A DNA stretch of 32,000 nucleotides from Candidatus Buchananbacteria bacterium (lineage in GTDB: Bacteria; Patescibacteriota; Patescibacteriia; CAIXNZ01): assembly GCA_030592165.1 (NCBI GenBank), contig JAUVKC010000002.1, positions 1-32,000 of the forward strand. The letters are read 5' to 3'. Both the position numbers and the translations under genes were made by a program. The number at the start of each line of letters is the position of its first letter. The first letter of the stretch is position 1. Below the pieces are notes generated by a model, which was not told where the DNA came from, ran no database searches, and worked only from the letters and a program-made list of their open reading frames with translations. Shown one piece after another: positions 25,505 to 31,981 of the stretch.

Positions 25505-25639
25505 AATAGTCATTATCAAGAGCGCAGATTTTAGTCTGTCTCGGCGATATTGCCAGCAACCTATCGAATATAGTGTAAACACGCTTCATTGGTTAGGCTG
25601 CTAAAATTCAGTAATTCAACGTAAAGAAGATAATAAGTT
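25505..25639 (+). promoter_or_regulatory. Diverged tandem duplicate of the SAM-I element (variant or degenerate aptamer)
   Basis: It shares the P1 strands, AGCAACCUAUC, GCUGCUAAAAUUC and the GAAGAUAAUAAGUUAUAUA tail with copy 1. The P2/k-turn region is replaced and P4 is not evident. Confidence 0.4.
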
Positions 25640-25697
25640 ATATAATTCAGATCTTCAGCCTTTGTTTCACTAATTTAATTTTTAACTATATTAAAAA

Positions 25698-25738
25698 CCT
25701 CTATTGAAATATTATAAAAATCAATAGGTTTTTTTTTT
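25698..25738 (+). terminator. Terminator after the second riboswitch-like unit
   Basis: CCTCTATTGA-N13-TCAATAGG (one bulge) followed by T10. Confidence 0.7.
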
Positions 25739-25764
25739 GACAAAATTTCTAGGAATGTTATAAT
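25737..25764 (+). promoter_or_regulatory. Near-consensus promoter of a ~130-nt transcription unit
   Basis: TTGACA, 16 nt spacer, TGtTATAAT. Confidence 0.7.
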
Positions 25765-25770
25765 TAAATT

Positions 25771-25904
25771 ATATGAATATACGCAAACAAGTTTGGTTTA
25801 CATTTTACTTTTTTACTGACTCTAAGAGGCCAGCTTGTTTGAATATGTTTTAACGTAGTTGTAAATTTTCAAGATAACAAGGCTGACCTCAAGGTCAGTT
25901 TTTT
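25771..25904 (+). ncRNA. Short autonomous transcript: structured sRNA and/or leaderless 26-codon ORF
   Basis: Bounded by the promoter above and a CTGACC-TCAA-GGTCAG-T6 terminator. A long imperfect hairpin spans 25775-25850. An ATG at 25773 opens MNIRKQVWFTFYFFTDSKRPACLNMF. Confidence 0.4.
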
Positions 25905-25978
25905 AGTTAAAAAGGTTAGAGCAAAATTAAAAATGCCATCCTTCGCTCTTGGTTACATAACTATGGTTTATTGGTATC

Positions 25979-26161
25979 ATGGGTTATGGTCAGAGCTACG
26001 GATGGCAAGGAGGAAAAGTAAAACAGATGAATCGTAAACAAAGGAAAAAGCTGAAACAACTAAATGAACGGTTTGGTAATAGGGGTCCTTATTTTGGGCA
26101 AAACAGCAATTGTTCGGTAACTAAGGGAAAAGGGGTTAAAAATGTCAGAAAAACTAAGTAA
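25979..26161 (+). CDS. Hypothetical very basic small protein (60 aa, or 44 aa from ATG 26027)
   Basis: ORF only. AAGGAGG at 26007-26013 lies 13 nt before the internal ATG. Lys/Arg-rich, with no known motif. Confidence 0.3.
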   Translation: MGYGQSYGWQGGKVKQMNRKQRKKLKQLNERFGNRGPYFGQNSNCSVTKGKGVKNVRKTK

Positions 26162-26354
26162 TTGGCTTGTTGGAAAAGGTCTTTTAAATGGGGGAGATAA
26201 GGCTAAACCTGAGATAGTAGGCCTTCTAAGTCGTCTTGATGTGGAGATCACATCAGTCTCAAAATCACAGGGAGGTGACATTTTGCAGATAAGTGCTGAT
26301 GAAGAGACAATGATAGGTTTAAAAGAGCTTTTAAGGGCAAATATGCATGCTTAA
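26142..26354 (+). CDS. Hypothetical 70-aa protein
   Basis: AGGGG 6 nt upstream. Overlaps the previous ORF by 20 nt and is followed by a strong terminator. Confidence 0.45.
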   Translation: MSEKLSNWLVGKGLLNGGDKAKPEIVGLLSRLDVEITSVSKSQGGDILQISADEETMIGLKELLRANMHA

Positions 26355-26361
26355 AAGCCTA

Positions 26362-26388
26362 AGAGAGCACATAAGTGCTCTCTTTTTC
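26362..26388 (+). terminator. Terminator after the small-ORF pair
   Basis: AGAGAGCAC-ATAA-GTGCTCTCT followed by a T-run. Confidence 0.8.
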
Positions 26389-26389
26389 T

Positions 26390-26417
26390 TGACAATATTT
26401 TCGACTATGATATACTG
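26390..26417 (+). promoter_or_regulatory. rplJL promoter
   Basis: TTGACA, 16 nt spacer, TGaTATACT. Confidence 0.7.
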
Positions 26418-26486
26418 TTTATAACTTAATAAAGCCGTAGACAATAGGTATCATTTACGTATAAATCCTATTTAGGAAATTAGCTT

Positions 26487-26515
26487 TCGCACTTCGACTA
26501 TGCTCAGTGTGACAT
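26487..26515 (+). repeat. Hairpin motif copy B (shared with the hydA leader)
   Basis: TCGCAC-TTCGACTATGCTCA-GTGTGA. 24 of 26 nt are identical to 10105-10130. Confidence 0.6.
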
Positions 26516-26525
26516 GCAATTTATA

Positions 26526-26549
26526 TCTGCGGAATCCCGCAGATTTTTT
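26526..26549 (+). terminator. Attenuator hairpin inside the rplJ leader
   Basis: TCTGCGG-AAT-CCCGCAGA followed by T6, 75 nt before the rplJ start. Confidence 0.65.
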
Positions 26550-26624
26550 AATTACTAAGGAATGCTTATTTATTAAAGACATCATTGAGTATTTATCAGT
26601 GTTTTATTATTCATTATATAACCT

Positions 26625-27146
26625 ATGCCAAAAACTAAAGAACAAAAAAAACAAATCATTGATGATTTGGATGAAAAGCTTAAAAATAGTAAAAGTTTAG
26701 TTTTTGCTGATTATAAAGGTTTAACTGTGGTAGAGGCACAAGAACTACGTAAATTGGCGAAACAAAGCGGTGCTGAATATGTTGTGGCTAAAAAGACTTT
26801 AATTCAAAAAGCTTTTGACAAAACAGACATTAAAGATGTTGATGTAACATCAATGGATGGTAATATTGCTCTTATGATCGGCTTTGAAGATGAAGTATCT
26901 GCAGCTAAGGTATCATCTGAATTTGCTAAGGATCATGAGTCATTGAAAATGCTAGGTGGTGTTATGGAAAACAAATATATTGATTTAGCTCAGGTAGAAG
27001 CTTTATCAAAGATCCCTTCAAAAAATGAATTACTTGCCAAACTGGTTGGTAGTATTAATGCTCCTGTTTCAGGATTTGTGAATGTTTTAGCTGGTAATCT
27101 AAGGGGTTTAGTTGGTGTTTTAAACGCTATTAAAGATACTAAATAA
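26625..27146 (+). CDS. rplJ: 50S ribosomal protein L10
   Basis: 173 aa with typical L10 sequence (F.DY.GLTV.E...LR, KNTL). Confidence 0.95.
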   Translation: MPKTKEQKKQIIDDLDEKLKNSKSLVFADYKGLTVVEAQELRKLAKQSGAEYVVAKKTLIQKAFDKTDIKDVDVTSMDGNIALMIGFEDEVSAAKVSSEFAKDHESLKMLGGVMENKYIDLAQVEALSKIPSKNELLAKLVGSINAPVSGFVNVLAGNLRGLVGVLNAIKDTK

Positions 27147-27177
27147 TAATATATATAATAATTAATTTTTAAAAATT

Positions 27178-27630
27178 ATGGCAGAAGAAAAAGATACAAA
27201 AGTAGAAGAAGTTAAAGAAGAAAAAGTTTCTGAAGACAAAAAAGATGTAAAAGTTCCTGCGAAATTCAAATCTTTAGTCGAAGAAATCGAAAAAATGTCC
27301 GTTTTAGATTTAGCTGAATTAGTCTCTATTTTAGAAGATAAATTTGGTGTAAGTGCAGCTGCTCCTGTTGCTGTCGCTGCAGCTGGTGCAGCCGGTGGTG
27401 AAGATGCTGCTGAAGAAAAATCTGAATTTGATGTAGAATTATCTGCAACTGGTGATAACAAAATTGGCGTTATCAAAGCAGTTAAAGCAATTACAGGTTT
27501 AGGTTTGAAAGAAGCCAAAGATTTAGTTGATGCAGCACCAAGCGTAATTAAAAATGCTGTTGCAAAAGCAGATGCTGAAGAAATGAAAAAACAACTTGAA
27601 GAAGCTGGAGCTTCAGTTAATTTGAAATAA
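27178..27630 (+). CDS. rplL: 50S ribosomal protein L7/L12 with an N-terminal charged extension
   Basis: [22 protein letters not shown], an Ala-rich hinge and C-terminal KI.VIKAV...[12 protein letters not shown]. About 27 extra Glu/Lys-rich residues precede the conserved N-terminus. Confidence 0.95.
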   Translation: MAEEKDTKVEEVKEEKVSEDKKDVKVPAKFKSLVEEIEKMSVLDLAELVSILEDKFGVSAAAPVAVAAAGAAGGEDAAEEKSEFDVELSATGDNKIGVIKAVKAITGLGLKEAKDLVDAAPSVIKNAVAKADAEEMKKQLEEAGASVNLK

Positions 27631-27646
27631 GATAATTTTCAATAAC

Positions 27647-27681
27647 AAAAAAACACCCTGTTTAACGCGGGTGTTTTTTTG
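27647..27681. terminator. Bidirectional terminator between rplL and the convergent 758-aa gene
   Basis: A7-ACACCC-N10-GGGTGT-T7. Confidence 0.8.
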
Positions 27682-27695
27682 TTTGGTTAATCAGT

Positions 27696-29972
27696 CTATA
27701 AATGCGATAAATTGAAAAAGTAAACTTTATTATCGTTAACTATAAAGACCTTTTTTTCATTTTCTTGCAATGTGAATGTTTTTAAGTTATCAAATAATTG
27801 ACTGTAATATTGAGTAATTAATTCTCCTTTTTTGTCTAGAACAACTATTCTATTATTTGTAGGTTCAAGCACGTATATATAATCAGTATCTTCTCCGGTA
27901 ATCATTTTTGTTGGATTGTTTAGAGCTGGGTCAAGATTTTTGATTTCAAAGCTTTGCTTGGACCCTTTGTTTAGTTTGAATATTTGCCCATCATTATTCA
28001 ATAGCCAAATGTTTGTATCAATGCCAATCGAATTTACACCTTTAAGATCAAGTGAATCTTTCAACCAGGCAATTCCTGCACCATAACCGCCTTGTGCTAC
28101 AGAGTGTCTGTAGATTTGATTTGAATTAACATCAACTACATATAGTCGGTTATTGTAAGTTGCAAAGTCTGAAATTTTACCACCTGCTTGTAGTGAAATG
28201 TTAATTGGCGAGTATTTATCATTACTAAAATTTAGTAAACCATTTTTATCCTGATAAAGCAGAGTTTTATCGGCAATTATTTTGGCCTTTTGAATAGAGC
28301 CAATATCAGAAATGTTTGAGTAAATTTTGTTAACATCACGTGAATCAAGATTTATTTTATAAATATTATTATTAATAGAATCAAAAGCGAAAAGCTGATT
28401 GTTTTTGTAGATTAAATTTTTTATATCAATATTGTTTTCCTGTAAAGTGCTTAAGTTTGTTAAAAGTAGGGAATCATTAATATTGGTAATATGTCGCAAT
28501 TTGCCAATAATAACTTCAATTTTTTGTGAAAGTTCTGATTGTTTTTGTCTTTGATTATTTGAGTCAACTTCCAAAGTGCTTAACAATGCCTGAGCATTAG
28601 TAACTTCTTCTTTGGCTAAGTTTTCATCACCAAAAATGTAGTTTGATTCCGCTTGATTTATTTTATCTTCAATTTGAGTTACTTTATCTTGGAAATCTTG
28701 TGAAAATAATTGTTGGTTTTGTTGATGTTTAAAATAACTTGTACTATATACAAAAAGTATAATTAATAGGACGGCAATAAATAAAAGTATTTTACTTAAG
28801 TTTGGGATTTTTTTTATGTAACTACCAAGATAACCTAATTTTAATTTTAAATATTTTCTTAGATTATATAATTTTTCATTTGTTTTAATGCTGCTGACCA
28901 TTTTTTGAGAAAGTCTTTTTGATTTATTGAATATATTTTTTGAGGTTGTTCCTGCACTTGAAAGTATTTTTTTTGATTTATCAAGTTTTGATTGAGTATA
29001 ATTAGTCTCTGCTTCATCATCCTGCATCGGCGATCGCTGCCGAGACGTGTCTGGGTGTTCAATAGTTTCTGTTTCAATTTCAGATTCAATAGCTTCTATT
29101 TTATTATCTTTTTTAATATAACTAATAGCATGTTGTGAAAATGATTTTAAGTTTGACCAAAAAGATGGAGCAAGTAGTCTTTCAGTTGAGCTTTCTGTAG
29201 AATTGAGCTCAGAAATAGATGTTACAGAAGCAGGGTTTTTGTCCTTAGACTCGTCTTTTAAAGCGTTGTGAATCATTACAGACGCAAAATTGTATCCTTC
29301 ATGTTGTAATAACGAATTTTTGAAATATTCAGCAGCTTTATGGATTGGTAGTGATGTCATTGTTTTTCTTATTCTTTCAGTTGTAATAAAATCAAGAAAG
29401 CTTGAATTGGCTACAAATAAATAATCAGGTGGATTTACTTGTCCTGTTATGAAATTTGAAAATAGTTTTGAGGAAGGTGTAGAATCTTCACCATTTAATT
29501 TCTTTATATTAATAAGTTTGAAATCTTGTTTGCCTTTGTGGATTAAATAAATGCCAATAGTATTTAAATATGACAAATAGATTTCAGTACCTTTAATTAC
29601 GCCAATAGAAAAATTTATTTTTTCTTTGATTGTTTCTTCGTTTAGGTTTCCTACCAGGTAAAACTTTTTCTCTTCAAGTATTTGAGAAAATTTTTGGTTT
29701 GCCTCTTCAAGAGTTTTTTCAAAAGCTTTCTCAGGAGTTATTTCTTCTTCTGATAGACTATAATAAGTATCTTCAATATGATTAATCAGTTGAGTTATGA
29801 TTGCCGCATTTTCTCGACTTGGAGTATTTATTTCAAAGATACCAAAAAGTCTACCCATGTTTTCCTCTTGGGCTTTGCTTGGTTCACTAATAAACAATTT
29901 ACAGGTTGAAGCTGCTTTGTTTGAATAATAGTGAATAAATATATGTGAAATTTTAGTCTCAAAACCAGACAT
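27696..29972 (-). CDS. Large single-pass membrane protein: cytoplasmic N-domain, TM, coiled coil, C-terminal beta-propeller-like repeats
   Basis: 758 aa. TM segment ILLFIAVLLIILFVYSTSYF lies near residue 400. Gln-rich coiled coil. Repeated ..IY.VD..NN.I... segments in the last ~250 aa resemble NHL/propeller blades. Confidence 0.7.
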   Translation of the reverse strand: MSGFETKISHIFIHYYSNKAASTCKLFISEPSKAQEENMGRLFGIFEINTPSRENAAIITQLINHIEDTYYSLSEEEITPEKAFEKTLEEANQKFSQILEEKKFYLVGNLNEETIKEKINFSIGVIKGTEIYLSYLNTIGIYLIHKGKQDFKLINIKKLNGEDSTPSSKLFSNFITGQVNPPDYLFVANSSFLDFITTERIRKTMTSLPIHKAAEYFKNSLLQHEGYNFASVMIHNALKDESKDKNPASVTSISELNSTESSTERLLAPSFWSNLKSFSQHAISYIKKDNKIEAIESEIETETIEHPDTSRQRSPMQDDEAETNYTQSKLDKSKKILSSAGTTSKNIFNKSKRLSQKMVSSIKTNEKLYNLRKYLKLKLGYLGSYIKKIPNLSKILLFIAVLLIILFVYSTSYFKHQQNQQLFSQDFQDKVTQIEDKINQAESNYIFGDENLAKEEVTNAQALLSTLEVDSNNQRQKQSELSQKIEVIIGKLRHITNINDSLLLTNLSTLQENNIDIKNLIYKNNQLFAFDSINNNIYKINLDSRDVNKIYSNISDIGSIQKAKIIADKTLLYQDKNGLLNFSNDKYSPINISLQAGGKISDFATYNNRLYVVDVNSNQIYRHSVAQGGYGAGIAWLKDSLDLKGVNSIGIDTNIWLLNNDGQIFKLNKGSKQSFEIKNLDPALNNPTKMITGEDTDYIYVLEPTNNRIVVLDKKGELITQYYSQLFDNLKTFTLQENEKKVFIVNDNKVYFFNLSHL

Positions 29973-30072
29973 ATTGTTATCAAAAGATTGACTAATTTCT
30001 TATATATATTATACTAAATATATACAAATTTTGGAAGAGTTTAGAAAGCTTTTATTAAATCTAATTTAAAAT

Positions 30073-30684
30073 ATGCTTGAACAACTATTTGGTTCACAGA
30101 CCAGAGTGAAATTATTACAATTATTTTTAAACAATCCAGAAAATAAATATTATGTTCGTGAGTTAACACGACTTTTAGATTCTCAAATTAATGCTGTCCG
30201 GAGGGAATTAGAAAATCTAAAAAACCTGGACATTATTGGTATTGTTGAAGAGAAAGATAAAACAGTCAGAAAAAAATATTTTCAATCAAATATGAAGTTT
30301 GTTTTGTATCCAGAACTTAAATCAATTATTGAAAAGTCTTCATTTTTATTAAATAAGAAATTTGCCAACTCATTAAAAAAAGCAGGTAAGGTTCATTATA
30401 TGGCCTTGACCGGATCGTTTGTCGGTGATAAGGATACACCGATTGATATTATTATAGTTGGTAACTTAAAAAAGAAATCAATTGAAAGAATTATTAAGAA
30501 TTTTGAAAAATCAATCGGCCGTGAAATTAGATATTCATTGTTTGATAAAGAAGAATTTAATTACAGACGAAGTGTTGCAGATAGATTTTTATACGCAATT
30601 TTGGATGCTGAAAAAGTTGTCATGGTTGATGACATTATGAATACACTGATTGAAATAAATAATGAAAATAATCAAATTGAGTAA
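30073..30684 (+). CDS. Winged-helix (ArsR/MarR-like) DNA-binding protein with an extra C-terminal domain
   Basis: N-terminal TRVKLLQLFL.....YYVRELTRLL....NAVRRELENL pattern. Confidence 0.6.
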   Translation: MLEQLFGSQTRVKLLQLFLNNPENKYYVRELTRLLDSQINAVRRELENLKNLDIIGIVEEKDKTVRKKYFQSNMKFVLYPELKSIIEKSSFLLNKKFANSLKKAGKVHYMALTGSFVGDKDTPIDIIIVGNLKKKSIERIIKNFEKSIGREIRYSLFDKEEFNYRRSVADRFLYAILDAEKVVMVDDIMNTLIEINNENNQIE

Positions 30685-30694
30685 ATTTTAAAAT

Positions 30695-31102
30695 ATGGTT
30701 TTATTTGTAAATACATCTAGGGAGAATAATTTAGATGTTTTTTTAATTAAAGAAAGAGATATTAAACACAGCCTGAGTTTATCTGGTGATTTTAAGGTAT
30801 CGGAAAATTTATTAGGTTTAATTGAAAAATTATTAAATCAGAATAAATTAGGATTTAATCAAATTGAAGGTATTATAGTAGTCTCTGGTCCTGGGCCTTT
30901 CACATCCTTAAGGATAGCTGTGACTGTGGCTAATACCATGGCCTATAGTTTGAAAATACCAATCGTTGGTGTAGAAAATGAACAAAATGTCTCAAATGAA
31001 AAACTAATTGATTTAGGTCTTGATTTGTTATTAAAAGCTCCAGTAGGGCAATTAATCAAACCGTTTTATAATAAGGAGCCAAATATCACAATGGCAAAAT
31101 AA
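30695..31102 (+). CDS. tsaB: tRNA t6A biosynthesis protein TsaB, N-terminal-domain-only form
   Basis: The VSGPGPFTSLRIAVTVANTMAY motif matches TsaB/YeaZ GPGSFTGLRIG. Only 135 aa. Confidence 0.8.
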   Translation: MVLFVNTSRENNLDVFLIKERDIKHSLSLSGDFKVSENLLGLIEKLLNQNKLGFNQIEGIIVVSGPGPFTSLRIAVTVANTMAYSLKIPIVGVENEQNVSNEKLIDLGLDLLLKAPVGQLIKPFYNKEPNITMAK

Positions 31103-31168
31103 AAGCCCGCCTTCGCCCCTACCCTCGTTAAAACTTCGGCAGGTAGGAAATGCTTCGGCGGACAGGGA
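31103..31168 (+). repeat. GC-rich nested palindromic intergenic element with two C(UUCG)G loops
   Basis: CCGCC...GGCGG outer stem and CCTACC...GGTAGG inner stem, with CTTCGG twice. It ends in the GGGAGG Shine-Dalgarno of the next gene. Confidence 0.5.
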
Positions 31169-31177
31169 GGAATAATT

Positions 31178-31735
31178 ATGTTAAATTTGAAAAACAATAA
31201 AAACCTTCAACATTTAAAGAATTTGACATGGGATCAGGTTTTTGATGTTTGGCGCAAAAACGAAGATTATCTAGGTTCACATTGGAAACCACTTTGGCAA
31301 GCAAGGGGATTTAAATCATGGGATGATTGGCGTATGACTTATGTTGATAGATTTGAACTAAAGAACTTAAATGATTGGGGATTATATGAAATAGTTGATC
31401 ATATGAAGTTTATTCCGCAAATATGCGGTGGTTCGTTTAGTTCCTGGGTAGAACGATATTATAATGGTGAAGACAACCCTTTATTTTCTAAGATTGTGCA
31501 GCATCCTGATATCCAGCCTCATAAAGGAATTATCAAGTTTATTGATAATTTTCCTCAAGAAACAACAATTAGTGGGGTAGTTTTGGGTGACAAGATAGTG
31601 GTTGTGGAAGGTATGCATCGTTGTGCAGCAGTTGCCTTAGCTGCTCTTCAAGGAAAAGCAATAAGTTCAAAAATAAAGATTTGTTTAGCAAATCATTATT
31701 TAGATAAATTACCAATAGCAGGGGAAAATACTTAA
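31178..31735 (+). CDS. Hypothetical protein (weak ParB/Srx-like EGMHR motif)
   Basis: 185-aa ORF with a GGGAGG Shine-Dalgarno. VVVEGMHRCAAVALA loosely resembles the ParB-like nuclease DGxHR motif. Confidence 0.5.
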   Translation: MLNLKNNKNLQHLKNLTWDQVFDVWRKNEDYLGSHWKPLWQARGFKSWDDWRMTYVDRFELKNLNDWGLYEIVDHMKFIPQICGGSFSSWVERYYNGEDNPLFSKIVQHPDIQPHKGIIKFIDNFPQETTISGVVLGDKIVVVEGMHRCAAVALAALQGKAISSKIKICLANHYLDKLPIAGENT

Positions 31736-31748
31736 ATGAAATAAGTTT

Positions 31749-31778
31749 AAAAGCTAAGTTAATAACTTAGCTTTTTTG
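31749..31778 (+). terminator. Terminator after the last gene
   Basis: AGCTAAGTT-AAT-AACTTAGCT followed by T6. It shares the AAGTTAATAACTT core with the terminator at 24675-24703. Confidence 0.75.
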
Positions 31779-31823
31779 TTTAAAAAAAGTAGCAAAGTGG
31801 GGAATATGGTTTATTTGATTTTA

Positions 31824-31856
31824 CCAAGTTGAGTTATGCACAACTCGGCTTTTTTG
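31824..31856 (+). terminator. Second tandem terminator-like hairpin
   Basis: CCAAGTTG-N9-CAACTCGG (one mismatch) followed by CTTTTTT. Confidence 0.5.
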
Positions 31857-31879
31857 TTTAATTTTAGCTAAATTGTGCC

Positions 31880-31981
31880 TGTGTATAAAGTGGTTGACGT
31901 GAGTAGTGTAGTGGGGTATAATGGATGTATTAGGGAAGGTTGTGGATGAAAGTGGGGATAACCAATCTGATCTGTGGATAA
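31880..31981 (+). promoter_or_regulatory. Cluster of four co-oriented DnaA-box-like 9-mers
   Basis: TGTGTATAA (31880), TGTGGATGA (31941), TGGGGATAA (31953) and TGTGGATAA (31973). The last is a perfect complement of TTATCCACA and the others have one mismatch each. Confidence 0.5.
31894..31922 (+). promoter_or_regulatory. Promoter facing the right edge of the window
   Basis: TTGACG, 17 nt spacer, TATAAT. Confidence 0.55.

Larger units (their letters stand above)
26418..26624 (+). promoter_or_regulatory. rplJ (L10) leader with attenuator
   Basis: ~200-nt structured leader between the promoter and rplJ. It contains hairpin motif copy B and a terminator-like hairpin, the position expected for the autoregulatory L10 leader. 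Confidence 0.6.

Noticed and set aside
25905-26360. Known housekeeping RNA (tmRNA, RNase P RNA, SRP RNA, 6S) hidden in the gene-poor stretch
   Set aside because: None of the conserved core strings I know for these RNAs is present. That includes the RNase P GAGGAAAGUCC-type P4 strand, the SRP GGAAG/AGCAG domain IV motif, and the tmRNA acceptor and tag-ORF features. A covariance-model scan would be needed to be certain.
26060-26700. ORFs 26060-26281 (minus) and 26500-26700 (plus)
   Set aside because: The first is antisense to the small-ORF pair. The second runs through the rplJ leader hairpins and into rplJ in another frame. Neither has start signals.
27162-27518. 118-aa Ala/Ser-rich ORF antisense to rplL
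   Set aside because: Its composition is simply the reverse complement of the Ala/Glu/Lys-rich rplL frame. It is a classic shadow ORF.
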